From contig NMRA01000377.1 in the NCBI GenBank assembly GCA_002633005.1, positions 254,982 through 318,981 on the forward strand: a DNA stretch of 64,000 nucleotides, given 5' to 3'. Origin of the DNA: Phoronis australis (taxonomy: Eukaryota; Animalia; Phoronida). How positions within the stretch are numbered: the first letter of the stretch is position 1; every line of letters begins with the position of its first letter. Made by a program: the position numbers and the translations under genes. The notes under the pieces are model-generated. The model did not search any database. It was given only the letters and a program-made list of their open reading frames with translations, and was not told the origin of the DNA. This document shows, piece after piece, positions 23,801-38,800 of the stretch.

Positions 23801-26800
23801 TGTTCGCCCACACAACAGTTAAAGAATGCTCATACCACAGGCACATGAATCTTCTAATGACTCATAACCACGTAAGAAGCAATTATTACCATGAGTGTTG
23901 GTGCCTGTGGTAGAATACAAGGAATAGATATCTTCAAGGGCCTGTGGTTTGTACTAAGAAGCTGAACACTAACATACAACCCCAGGTTACTCACCTGTCT
24001 GCTGACCATTGGCTTCTCTAGGTTTTGGAGGATGATTAAATATGATGCAGCAGTCTCCAGCTCACTTGAGAGGAGACATTCCTGAGAAGATAGAAACCAA
24101 GATGTACGTTAATAAATTAAATCTCTATACAGCATCCTCTTTTAGAAAACAAATAAAATTAAAGCCTCCTACAGCGCCATCTTTGGAACACAATTATAAT
24201 AAATTAAAGTCCCATAAAGGATCACCTTGTATGAAAACCACTTTGAGTGGATAATTTGTTGGGGTGGAACTTTTTATTTTTTTTTGATACAGCCAGTCAG
24301 CGTTCCTAGTTACAAATATTAACACCATGGACAGAATGGACTTCACTATAAATTGTTTCAACCCACAGATAACTTGAATTATTCAAATTAAGTCATGGGA
24401 CTGAAAACATCAAGGCATCATTTTTGAGCACACAATACCTTCCTGTAATCATCAACGATTTTTTAACTTATGGTTTCAAAGTCTAAAACGAGTATTACTT
24501 TAACAAGATATTTTCAGACAGTTCTTAGAAATGAGTGAAAGAAAGTTACCTAACAATGAAATAAGTTAATTTATCGAAGGACACGCACCTAAATTTTCAG
24601 CCAACAGATGGCGATGATGAAAGATACCCCACAATGTCAACTGTAAAAAGGTAAAATTTTAAAAACCCTAAACTCTTTAACTGAAAAATGATGATATGAA
24701 ACTGGTAAGAGGGCATAGTGGCAGTCTCAGTGTTATTCCAGACATACACAGTGTTAAGCAGCAGAGTGACTCGGTCTACATGTACATGCAAGTAAGTCAT
24801 GATACAATTTACCAACCTCAAACAGATCTTTAGGGTTACCCACAGTTGTGAAGAGGTAATGCCAGAGGGCGATCTCAGTCTTCCTGGCACAGTGAACAAT
24901 GGTTTGGAGATATTCTGGGAACTCTCGTATGAAGGCCACCACTCTAGGCAGCAGAGGATCTGGCAAACAGATAGACATCAGGTGAGACAATACTTACTGG
25001 TGATTACACAAAATCCAAACAAGACTCGAACAGGGTGTTACATTTTCACATGGGAAAAAACTACTCATTGCAATTACGGAATACTTTCTATTGCTGAACA
25101 TGTTGCTATCCTTTGTCAGCAAAAGGATTGAAACGAGTAACACAGGCTGATGAAGTATCACTACTGCTTATAGCTGAGGATATGCCTGAGATACATAGAG
25201 AAATAAATGAGAATTGGAACACTTCACTCCTGCAGAAGGCTACTTCAGATTATTGTAATTTTTGTAGCAAGGATTCCCTCACAAGTGCAGATGGTTGGAA
25301 GCTGACATGTAGTGACATCTATTGTGTGACACACACACACACAAAGTAGCTTTAAATTGAGAAGCTGGATTTATGAATCCTCACTCCGAAGTCATATTGT
25401 GAATCATATTTTAGTCTTTGATAACACTGACAACATGATTTTTTAAATTTTATTTCCTTTTAGAACTCTTAATTACCAGTGATCTTGATCAGTTCCACCA
25501 AACATTTAGATTTTTAAACAATATATTGAGAATTTCTTTTTTTTAACATTAATCAACAAGAAAAATTAACGAAGCAGGGAAAAATTGGAAATACCACCGA
25601 GAGGTATCGAGGAAGAACACAGAACATTAACCTATAACTGAGACTCATAAAGACTACTGTGATGATATTCTTCATACCTGGGATTGGGTCCTTAGACGTG
25701 GCCTCCAACTCAAGCACTTCATGTAGCAACAGTTCAAGAACGTGAGCAAAGTACGGCAGATCTGTGCAACATTTGGCAATCTCAAGGGCATTGAAACCCA
25801 GGCTGTAAACAAAATGTATCATGACGGAGAAAACAAAAATAATGATGACAGAGCTGGGGACTGTTTCTCAAATGGAACAATGGCTTCTGTCTTCAGCCCA
25901 AACTCAGAAATATGACTACGAAAAGCCAAAAGTATTTTGCATTTCTCGAAACATTCTGTCTGACGTCTAATTGACCAGAATTGATTTCAGTCTTTTGACT
26001 TCTAGTTGTAGATTTTCTGACTTTTAGTCTTAACCTGTTTTCCTAGACTGATGTTTAGCTGAAAGTCAGAAGACAAAAGCCATTAGACTCTTCGAGAATC
26101 AGGCTCCTGAGCTGTGTTTTGCAGACAACCCCCGCCCCTCCCAAACATTAATCAGCACTTGGGAGAGCTTATGGTATAGAAACTGAGAATTCTATCTCAA
26201 AATTCATAAAATTCAATTTCACAATTCAATATTCACGCCTCACCAACCAATCACTTCAGAGGTCGCCATCTTGCTTAGTTACACGTGAGTGACATCATCA
26301 CAAAACACTCGCCTTTCGAATGACTTTGTGTGCTTGTGCTTTTCTCTTGCATTACATGCTCCTTGGTTTGGTTGTAAGCATGAACACAGTTAGTTGAGTC
26401 CACAGCATCAAAAAAGTTATCAGCAAAGTTTAATTGGTTCTTATAGTTAGGTTACACAATATGTGTGAATTTCTGTCATTCTTTAAGACAGTACACTTGG
26501 ATATCATTTTTGAAGTATTTAGTCTGAATAGCTGCTATGATTTCCCTAGGACTCTAAATTTCAGCCACAGGCAGATTATAGACATGGTAACAAATAGAAA
26601 TTCATAGTCTTAGAATCGAGTCAAACATACTTTCTTCGAAGAAGTTGTCTAAGAACGTGGTTCAGATATACTTGACCCTGCAAAGAAACAAAGAGAAATT
26701 AATATCAACAGTAGTATGACCATCTTTATCAAGTCATTAGGATAGTTTTCTCACCCAGAAGTGTAGTCACTGTTAGAGCACACCATTTCAGCTTCAAGAA

Positions 26801-29800
26801 GAATTCATCATCAATAATATTGCAGTGTTTTCTCGCAGCAATGGCGTTACTTGGAAGGATAAATCAATTAGTAAAGAACAATAATCGTTAGGAATCATCA
26901 ATTTTCAATGATACTGAATCTTTATTACATCATCAAAAACCTAAAGCCTATCTATTCCAAAGAATATTTCTATTAAACTAGTGTGTTCAAGTCATAACTG
27001 CCCAGCTAATGCCAAACAGTCTGAATCCTGCACTTGAGTGCTTCCTCAGAGACTAATCTCAAAGAGGTAAGAATAGTCACTTATGAGGATCCTGCATTTT
27101 GAGAACCAGTTTTCTCCATAGGATAACGGGCATAAAACTGGTTCTCAAAATCCAGGGACCTGTAAGTAACTATTGCCCAACATGAGGATTGCTTTAATTC
27201 ACAATACAAAGAAATGGGTCAAGACCAATTTCTCACCGAGACGATTCTATAACAATCATGCACCACGGTTATCTGTATTTTAGATGTCAATATCAGATAT
27301 GTCAAATCCACACGAATGAATATCATTTAGACACTTATGCATGCTAAATCTCCTTACCGTTCTCTCTAATATACAGAATGGGAGTGACTCCCCCTTACTA
27401 GCTGATGGGGTCACAGTCTCGTAACTAAGCACATCGCTAGCAGCACCGAGTATCACAGCATCTTCAAACAACACAGCTGCGAAGAAAACATTGATGTGAA
27501 GACAAAAATTTGACCAAGCCATCAATCAAGAGCTCACAGATGCCTCAAGTAAGATTAAACATGATACGTAGACCGTTTTTTTTTAAATAATGTATTACCT
27601 TTAGCTAAATGTGGAGCATCCAAATGAAGCTCGCTCAATTGATTTTGACTATTCGTAAGTTCAAATCACTAACTGGGTACCCGCAATAAGACCCCCAAAA
27701 TTATTTCAGGTATCCAATTTGAAATTCTGTACAGCTTCCAAATGAACCCATGAATAAGGTTCAATTTAAAATAAATTTTTCACGAACCATGAAGTTCATT
27801 GGGCAAGTTGCAAGCTTCCGTCTCTGTAGACGAAAGTCTTCCAACTTGCCCTAGATACGATGCCAGGCCATTGCAGATTACTCCCCAGCCATAACTTTTT
27901 CAATTAATTTTTAGTCGGCAAAACTAGGTTAGTGTATGATATATGTGGAGAACTATTGAATTTATTCATACAGTTGAGAGTCAACTGAAGGTCAGACTTA
28001 CCTAATGGATAAATATTAACAGCAAAAGGGAGCATAATCCTCTTGGACATAAATGCGTGCCTGCGGTCCTCGTCACGAGGGAACAATGGCAGCCATACTT
28101 TCATTCCGTGTTCACCACAGCCAAGCCACAGCGCCTCCATGAGGTGTACCTTACCAAAATGGGGGCGAGCTGTCGACCACATGTTCTCCACGGATGAGGC
28201 AACAACCACTGGAGAGATGAAGGGCAACTGAAAACGATAATTTACAACTTGAAATGTTTATTTCTCAGAACAAATGTTTAGAAAATTAATTTAAAACAAA
28301 CATTAATTAGCTAAAGTGTAGAATTGATTTAAAATTTTGGTTATAAAAATAAATATTTGGAATGTGGAGAAAACATGAAAAACATTTTTAATACACCTGT
28401 CCTTGATTGAATTATTCGTTTTCATGAAGGTGAAAATACAATGCAAGACTGATTTACTTTTCAAAGTGTTCGAAACCCATGTTGTTAAACACAGGAAGAA
28501 CAATAAACTGTGAATCCAGTACTTGTAAATACTCGATAGGATGAGAGTGGTGCCATTCTATATTACGATGGGCCTAACACAAACGCAAATGTTGTACTAA
28601 GCATTGAATGTAAGAAATGTAGAAATTTGGAGACAAAAATGATTTTGAAATGAAGAAAGTGAGAGCAAAGATTTTCAGAAAATTCTGTGGAAAATCATAT
28701 CAAATAGAAAATAAACACAGAGGTTTAGCACTTCAAGTGGATAAAGAAGAAACTTTCAGAAAGACATGACACTGAAATTATGAAATATGAAATCATAGAC
28801 AACAGACTGTTGAGATGCAAAAAATGAAGAAAATACAAAACTTCTGTAACAATTTTTAATTTTGTTTTATAGTTAAATGAGAAATCTAAAAATGTCAAAG
28901 ATACAAAGTAACCAAATGAAAATCAATTTGCCAACTCACAGGATGGTATTTGCCATCCTCAACCTGTATCTGTGGCCCTGACTTATCTCGCTGGAACATG
29001 AGTAGTTTACCCGCAACGTTCATCATAATACTTTCGGCTTCTTTGGTTTGTTGTTGGATTTTGATGGAGGCTGAAATCAAATCCAGTTTAAACTCATTCT
29101 AGTGAACACATTCGTGGAAAGTGTTCAGAGTGCAGATTGTACATCAAATTAGAAGAACAGACCAATCGGAGCAACGACAATTGATCACATGGAACTTGGG
29201 AATCTCATTACCCTCTAGCTGACGAGTTAACAAACCATTTACAAATGCTGTGCACTTCCGACTGGGACTTGAAAGCTCACTACCTGTCTTTGAAACCCGT
29301 TCTTAATCAACTACGATCATAACACAAGCCAACGCCAGTGGTTTAGCAAGCCACTTTGTACAAAGAACTACCTGAGGAGCTTTCGAAAAAATGCAAACAG
29401 TAATGTAATGAGTACGGGCGCTTCTTAGGATTCAAAATGACTTGAAGCAAAACCAATTACGTCAGCGGTAGGCCTTCAGTGATGCGTATTGAGTGCAAGT
29501 TAGCAAATAACAATACTTAATAACAATAACAGCATCTGTAAGAACACAATTTGTATGCAAGAACTGATCTGGCATGTACAGCAAAGTGAATAACAGACAA
29601 CATTACTTTTGACCCACACCTGAACTTTAGAGCTTCTTCCATATCTCATAACACATCTTCAAGGACTGTCAAGCTAAGGCAATGTTCAAGCTCTACAACA
29701 ATGGGCCAATGTTTTCTGTGGTAGGCTATGACATCTTGCCCACGAATTTTGTAAACTATCTGTCTCAACAATCCACTAGTGTTCATAGCAACTTATGCAT

Positions 29801-32800
29801 ACTCAGGTAAGAGGAAATTAATGGCCGTTAATACACAAGAACACTTCAAACTTTTGTTTCAAACAACACAACGAGTTTATTTTTTGGATCTTTTGAATTT
29901 TACCAAGCATGCAGACATAGAAACGTCACTTTGAAATGATTGCCAAACAATCCAAGCATCACAGTGCATCTGTTTCCAAGCAGTCAACTCATTGGACAGG
30001 TGGCGCCACTTACCTGTTTCTGTCCTGAGTGATGTAAGAGTGATGGCTGTCACACAGGCTGGGTGGGGTATGTAGCTGCCCACAGACACCTCTTGTATTC
30101 TGGTCAACTCCACTGATGGGTCTGTGGACACACAAATGCACCATCTTACATATTATCCCGACTATTCTACGGATCTGTTCACAGTGGTATTTAAACCATT
30201 TTAGGACAAACATTTTGAGAAACGTTCTAAAATCTGTAATACAACAGCAAAGTTGAAATGATTTAGACTTAAAATCATTTAAAATGTAAAATGTATTAAA
30301 AGTAGCAAGTTCAGATAGAATGTTCTAATTAAAATGAAAACGTTTTAATTTGTCGAGAGAAACCCACTGTTATAGCTGAAACACTTTAACAAGTTGCACA
30401 TTAGCATTTTCTAACAAAACTAAAACAGTGCTCAGATAAATGTACCAAATGTTGTCACATCACAGAAATACAAGCACTAAATTGTGTTTCGAGCAACATG
30501 CCAGCTGCCTCTCAACTCCGTCAAAACATTTTAGCGATATCAAGTTTGTCACATGAACAGAACAAATTTTTAAGCAAAAAGGCTTTAGCTAAAATTAAAA
30601 CGTTTTATCTAAAACATTTAGATTTTTATACTCATGTGAATCTGACTTATGACTCGAGATTTGGAACACAATAAGCAGACTAATGATATATTAATTAAAG
30701 TTCAACGAACTGCAGCTTAACTTACTCATTTTATTTGTGGCATTTTTGGCTTAATTTTCCCAATTCCTGTAAAGCTGCACTGCGTGCAGTTATGAAAATT
30801 CCCAGTAATGGACACTTGACATAGCAAGCAGCCAAAAAGAATTCTTAAATTATAACAGCGCCGTCACTTACTAGGAGATGTATTTCTCCTGACGATGGTG
30901 AACATCATTATGTGACTATCGGCGCACAGAAGGATCAATATATCACGGAACGTGTTGAGCAACAAAATTTGTGAAGGTACTTTGATGATCTGGCTAAAGG
31001 CGTTATCCAACTTGCTATTCCTTGGGTAAAACCGTATCTGACAATAAAGATGAAACAATTAAATTCATAATTTATATAAATAAAAGTGAAATATGTCCTT
31101 AATCACAACACACAACACCAATCTTAATCAATCCAAATAGAAACTTCTAAGTGCAGCCATAGTTCACTTATTCAATTTATTTAATGTTTAAACTTCTTTA
31201 AAAGACTGGGTGACTACTTCAGTGAATACACTGATTTTCAAGTGGGTCCAGTCGGAAATAATTACATGAAGTAAAATATAGAGTTATGCACAATTAATGG
31301 GCACATTTTAATGGGTATGACATCATCAGAGATGTGTGAGGATGTAACAATTCCACGGTTTATTACAAGAAAGGCCGTCTTAGGCAAAAGTCTGCGATTT
31401 CACCTTATCCTCCCAACAACCAGAGGACCATATTTCCAACTGAAGCCTTCCATCACTTTTCACGAGATGACCCACAAGTGGTGTTATGAGCTTAAAGCTA
31501 GTTAGAAAGCTTGGTTTACAGGTAACGAATAATAAGGGTGGGGTAAAAGGGAGAGACATGGAAGGAAGGGAGGAAGGGAGAAGAGAGACGGAGAGTGAGG
31601 GTCAGTATGTGAGAAGGATGAAGGATGGAGATGGGGGGGGGGGAGAGGTAGTTTGAGGTAGAGGGGAAGAATGAATGGTGAGATGGAGAGAAAAGTAATG
31701 AAGAGATGAAGGAAAGATGGAGATGGAGAAAAAGACGGGGGACTTAGAGGAGAGAAAGGGAAGGTAGGGAAGGGATGAGGGAAAAGTGACACAGGATGTC
31801 CTTAAACATCTTTTTTGTACAGCAACAAGACATACACAAACCTCATCTCGTTGATCTAGTAAGTTATAGCACGACAGACAAATGAAGTCCCTCCACCATG
31901 TCAGTCCGCCCGACACCACCATGTCCTTCTCTTGAGTCTCGTTACCAAATAATTTCCACTTCCTACTGAAGAGGGCGTAGTGCGCCAGTCCTGTGCGACC
32001 AGCTATTGCAAAGCAGTGCCCGGCCTTGTCAATGGAAGCGTACTGCAAAGGGAGATAAAAAACAAATAAAAGCTACTTGTCGTGGAGCAGTATAAACAAT
32101 CATCAAAAAGAAGTGGGACAAACACCAGGCTTAATACACGTGATTAGATGATAATACCTGTCATACAAGGAAAGCTACCTACAGGTCTGGAAAATAATTC
32201 CCAAACTCTCAACAATCCAGTAAGCATCTAAAATTATATAAGCTGAAAATACAAGAAAACCAATCAGTAAGACCTCAGTGAAGTCTAAACCCATTAACTC
32301 CATTATGAGTCATTAATTACAACTCAGCTGAATTACTCACCAATCAGAACCACCATAACTATTACAAATCCAGAGCAAACCATATCCAAACTAACCTAGC
32401 CAGACAATAGGAGAGAACAAAGTGCACAGCTCACCCTAATCGGCCAATTAGAAGCGAGATAATTTTCAGGTATGCTGATGACTGTCCACTGTTTATTGCC
32501 CAGGAGGTCACTGCTCATGTGCTGTGAACTACTTGACTTCCTGATCTTTTGCTTGACAGGACTGTGGCCGGCTGCCACAGAGTCACTACTCGTCTGTTTG
32601 GCACAGTCGCCGGTGTTGAGGTAGACTCGGTCCTCACCGTGTAGGAACAGATGCTCATGATTGCTCTGAAATAACATGGTATTAAACTTGACTAGTACGT
32701 GGTCAAAGCATTGGTCCAAAGCCCTTACATCGGACTTAACATTGTCAACTACACATTGTATTGCTACACAATTCAGCGATTTAGAAACCTAATTCAAGAA

Positions 32801-35800
32801 AATTTACCCAATGCATTCGAAGTCGGACACGCCATTAATTAGGTCAAGCCAAAATCGGAAGGCTCAACTTGCATGAAATCAAGTTAGATATAGTGAATCT
32901 TGTTAAAGCAATCAATTCAATGAAACCCAGAACATCCATAATTTTGTCAGTGTAATTAGGAAACCTCGCTGAGATAAACAAACAAAAACAAAGAGTTCCA
33001 CCCTAGACGTGGCTTTTAGACATTGCAAGAACGTGAATGTAATTCAGCATCAACAATCATATGAAACAAAAAATTTGCTTTCTAACTGCTGCATTACATG
33101 ACAGTACAACATCAAGCCAAGAAAGTCAAAAAAGTCTGAATTGTACAAGTGGCACAAGAAGTGCATATGACACATCTCAAGATGAAATGTTAAAAGCAAT
33201 AATTGAAACTATGAGTGAGCAATTCCCAAGACTAAACTGGTATCCTTGCTCTACATTGATATAGTGAAATCAGCAGCTATAAAGCCACGTTTTCTCATAA
33301 AAAACAAAATAATAATTTTGATTTAGACTTGTGGTCTCAAATTGCTCTTTAGTTTGATTTGAGGTGATTTCAGAGCTTTGGGGAAACTGACAATTCTTTA
33401 TTACTTGAAACAGGCTTTGCAAGTTGACCTGTCACAGTATATACTTTAAAACGCCAAACATGGTCTGAAGGAATAATGAACAGCAAGTTCTTTGAAAGTT
33501 GAGACCAATTTCATAGCATTACGTCGTCTAAATCAAAAGTTTGCTTCTTGGATGGAAAGTGACAATTATAACCACGAATACAACATTTATATCCAGTTTT
33601 CCATAATTGTAGAATGATTAATTATGTAAAGCTCGTGCAAATATGCAGAATAATGGACTCTACCTCCTCCATGAGGTCAAAACACTCACCATACAAGGAT
33701 TGACAGCTAATGCCGACTTTACAAAGGACATCTGAAGCACGTCGCACAAATTATGACTAGCTTCTCCACTCGCATTACTGTCTGCGGTACTCGTATCTCC
33801 ATTTGAGGTTTCAGCTTCGGTGACTTGCGGAGCGATCCACAGGTGGTAGCCCTCGGCACCCCACTCCATGGAGCCGATGTTGAGAGCACTGCAGGGAACC
33901 TCTTGTAGGAAGCTGAAGTTTGAACGCAGATTATGAGAAACACTTAATAATAAATCATCAGAGTTATCAGACGCTTTTTCCAGCCTCAAACTCGGAACAT
34001 AGAGCACACAGAGTGCTGATATTCACATGTGATATAGCTGTCTTGGACAGGTTGAACTCTGGTGAATTTTTTTAATTAATGACATGTCCTCCGCATGTTA
34101 TGTGTCCGATTTCAAATTTCTGTCACAATCACTGTGTGCACGCAGCGACACTTGAAGAACCTAAATATTGTGAATATCAGACGTGATGACATGTGAAGCT
34201 GGATGACTAGCTAGTAACATGGGTTTGGAAAGTTGTGAAACATTAAGCCAGGAGCACAGCCACACAAGCACAGCCCCATCACAGCCATTCGTCACAACCA
34301 ATTCTCTCTCAATGCACATGGTTTTCACTCAAGCAGAGTGGACATCTGTCAATAATTTACAGATTATCGGTAACATTCAGTTATTTGTCATACTAATGTT
34401 AAAAACTTTTAAATAACTGCAATCACAAAGAAATCCATTGTAAAATACGATGTTTAGCTTTATTAACAAAAGTGATTTCCTTTGTGGTTACAGTTACTTT
34501 AAAATTTCTACTTTTTACAGGTTGTCAAAATGGACAATAGGTGACACTACCAACAGACAGTAACCTGTTCCACCACACTAGTTATAGAAAAGTGTGATTG
34601 TGTATGCTTTGGAGGTCGCAAAAAGTGAAACTTCAAATTAAGATTAAAAACAAGCCTTAAGTCGATGAAATAGCTCAAAACACAACACGTGAGCACCACC
34701 CTGGATACTGAAGACAAGAAATCTATTGACTAATTTATACAGTCTAATATCCAACTCCGATTCCAATTAGGTTTCACTCAAGCGCTCACAGAGCAACTCC
34801 TTTTCACCAACAACAGGTCACACTACAAGTAAGTTGGACATTATGAACATAGAACTCCGTGCGAACTATCGTAGGTAACTACGATGAATAAATGCTTCTG
34901 ACTTGGCTCATTGAATCAATGGTTTATTGTTTTGACAAAAGCACGTACCCAGCATCAATTCCGAGGGAACAAAAAAGAAGAGAGCCGAAGACACTCCACA
35001 GAGCCATGCCTCCCTTCTCCCATGCTCCTGCTATGGTCACGCCATCTGGTGACCACTTGAGAAGTTTCAAAGGTCCAGCTATTTGCGCAGCATCTAAATA
35101 CAAAAATGATTGATCATCACACGACCAACAGAGATTACTCATAACATTATGTCGAAACAATTAGCAATTGAGAATGCATGTAGTTACGAAATAACTTCAT
35201 CACAGACCACCGGTTGAATAAAATCAAATAATTTTACGTCAGTGGGTCTCTAATATCAGAAACGCAAATGATGCGTCAGATTAACAGCTGGTTTGGTTGT
35301 TGATACCAGCTATGCTTTCCATGATATTGGACTTCAGACTTCGTACCAGTGATACGCACTTCACACTCGGGTTAAGACATAGTGTTAATTTCACTGGTTC
35401 TTACCTGGAAAGACTGTGGTGGACACTTTCAGTCGGTGGGAAATCTGTAACGCACCTGTCAACTCCTCTATGAGGTACACGACACCTTCACCACTGGAAC
35501 ACAGGCAAAGTCAATAAACCACACACTGCCTTTATAGAGACACAACTTAGAATACACAGATTTGCATTATTGCCATCAAACGCAGAGTGATTCTAACCAG
35601 AAGAAATCCAGAGTGCATAATGCACATACAAATGACAGGCAAATTTGTCTTTTTTGATTTTTCAAATGATCACTGTATTGCCAAAAATGTTCAAAAATTC
35701 AACTTGTGTTTGTTGTTGATTGCCGTACCTTAAGAAGTTTTCAAATAATACAGAAAAACTGTCTTCATTTTTACTCTAATTTGTTAAAGATTATGATTAA

Positions 35801-38800
35801 TAAAATGTTATTGTTCCATCAAATTGTGTTCTCATTTGAAGAAACTTTACTTGCACTTTCTCCCGAGTGAAGAATTCACATTCATTGAATGAAAGAGATG
35901 TTGGGTCACCTAGTTCATGGCTGACGTCACAACTCTGCAGAAACACTGTTGACTCTTATCCACATAAAGCATATGGTGAGGCTGACAGTAGACACGCATA
36001 CACTATAGCCAAACTCAGCCTGGCATATTTATTGGTTTAACTTTAGCCAACAACCCAATTCAATTTAAGATTACCATAGTGGAACAAGCATCAAATCTTA
36101 AAACCTTAAAACTGGATTTTGAACAGCAGTTAATTTCATAAATTTAACATGTCTGAAACTGGAATTGATCAATCCTCAATAACAAGGATTTTCAGACATT
36201 TTTAACAAAATTTTCCAACACATCAAGTCACATCTGATTCGCATCGAGATTCTTGCAATATTGCATGTCCATAAAACCGAATAGCAATATACAACAAAGC
36301 CCGCTTAATGTCATACCCTCGGTTTCGACGTAAATTATGATAAGCGGATTATTCCATTAAGCGGGTTCCGAGTTGGCGGAGATCGTAACCATAGTGGACA
36401 TTCTCATCGCAAGACTGGTAAACAGGACACGAATGATCCCCCGGACCAAGATCCAAAAAGGCAAGTGAAATGAATATTAATTAGGTTAGTAATTAGACAG
36501 AAAAACATTTAATTCTTTAATCACAATATCCGGGGATGACAAAAATCATGACACTATGCGGGTTACTTTACATAGGATTAATGGGAAATGATTCGTTTGT
36601 TTCTAACATTTCATGACAATAACTGGAATTTCCTATTCTCTGGTTCGACATTACTTGGGCTCCCCTGTATAATACAGACCTTTTGCAGCCAAACGCAAAC
36701 AGCCTGTATTTGTGGTTGACAGCTAAACTCAATGCATTGGTTACTTCTTGGGCCCATACACCGTGAAGATTCTAAAACAAAGCAAACTTGCTATCACTCA
36801 GAAGAAGGATACAGGTTTTAACTCTAACAGACAACAACAAAGGCTGACAGCAGAAAGTGTGATGACAAAACAACAGTTAGCATAATACCAAGCAAAATAC
36901 ACACTGAAAAAGGCTTGAACTAGCTGGACAACACTAAGTCATTAAAAACAATGAAAACGCTATACAACGATACAAGTCAATGAGCTGTTAATCAATTTTT
37001 TCATAGTTTTTACCGAAATGACGCAAAGCTGGAAGCGTGATCTTGTGGCCGTGAACAACGTTTGATTTAAGAACAACAGATCGCAAACATCAATCACACG
37101 TTGAAAGGGCTGACCAGAAATATGACTGTCTGAAGCAGTTTAGAATCGTCTGGTAAATACCCTGGACGTTCAATGTGAAACGAAAATAAAGACCTACCAT
37201 CATTCCAGGCTGGGTTATTCAAAACTCATCAGGGGTAATAAATCAATTATCCTCTCAGCCAGGACCATTAACCCTTTGTTAAGTTGTGTTTACTCACACA
37301 GTCCAACAGGGACAGTTGTATGACTAACATCAAGCTTCACAAAGAACTGACCTTGCATGTCAGTGTCAGGCAGTGTCATAAGTGTGTGAACGACACTGAT
37401 AATTTAAAACCATCTGCATGATATTGCTGACTAGTTACCCCATGCAAACCCAAAATGATGGGAACTAAAATTAGGAGATGAATTTAGTAAAGGCTCAATA
37501 GCCTGAACTATGTTATTTTAGAGATAGACGGAAATGGATCAAGTTCAGGTGCACGAGATGGGACTTACACTGGTTTCTATTCTAGCAGTCGTCATGGCGA
37601 GAAATGCTGCTCTCCCATTGGACAATATGACAGCAAACCCACCAAGCAGAGCACTGTACTCTATGACACTCACACATATAGTTGGATCCGACAACGTAGA
37701 AGCTGTAAATTATGAAAATTGACGGCACTCATAAATTGTCCAGCACAGTCCACTCATAAATTGTCCTGCACAGTCCACTCGTGAATTGTCCTGCACAGTC
37801 CACTCATAAATTGTCCTACACAGTCCACTCATAAATTGTCCTACACAGTCCAATGCAGAAAGTACAACCTCAGCAATACTACGGCCAAAAGCTCACCAAT
37901 TTAGGACACAATATGTACGACAAGTGAAATTTTATTTTACTCTTTTTTTCATCAAAGATACGAAGCACCAAATAAATCCTTTCAAGTTCAAGTTCTGCCA
38001 AAGCTACTGTCAAACAATGGTTTGAAAAACCGTGGGGATACACAACAACCTAAGAAGCCTTTGAAAAAAAGAAAAGAGCAATTTTTATTATCATTTGAAA
38101 TTGGTGAGATTTTTGCGTACCTTACAAAAAATTTTCCTACCACAAAAGCTCATGATTTGCGGACAGTAAATATTCAACACAAACGTTTCCTAGATCAATT
38201 TTACAAACTTAGACAGCTAGAGACAAATTTAAACCAGTCTTTAGTTCTACACCACTGAGCCGAAAGCGCCAGTCACACACCACTGAAACAGGCAAAACAG
38301 ACAACAAAAGAGACTCATGTTATTTCCACGACAAGTTCTTAGGTCAGTGAATGACCACTACGTATGTATGTTCACCGTCTGTTGGTATAGTGTCTATAGA
38401 ACAACCCAGGACTCAAAAATGTTAAGGGTTGTTGACCTGCTTCAGTGACAATGTGACTAAGCCTTTTAAAGCAATACACCACCAAGCATGTGCACCAATA
38501 GGATGTATGGTCTTATCTTCATTTGGTAAAATTTTAAGCACTCACAGCAGTGGGGTAAGTCTTTGAAATTGAAATGCACAAAGTAATGCAATAATTTTTG
38601 TCCCACATAGATGACTTTTACTGTTACAGTAATTGCCTAATGCAATGGACTGCAACGCATGCACTGTTAAACTAGAAAAAAGTCCCTAACTTACGGTGCT
38701 CAAAAATAATTTTCCCAAGAACTTGGAGTAACGTCTTAGAATTAAAAAATCTTCTTAGGATCCAGGTATGCTACAGTACTAACCTTCAAGCCAAACAGTA

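Noticed and set aside
31502-31792. Pro/Ser/Phe-rich 96-aa ORF
   Set aside because: Translation of the pyrimidine-rich strand of a low-complexity intronic tract.
14786-37722. Plus-strand ORFs overlapping RIC1 exons (e.g. 14786, 19789, 22631, 24799, 28043, 34892, 37534)
   Set aside because: Antisense shadows of real coding exons, with no independent homology or splice structure.
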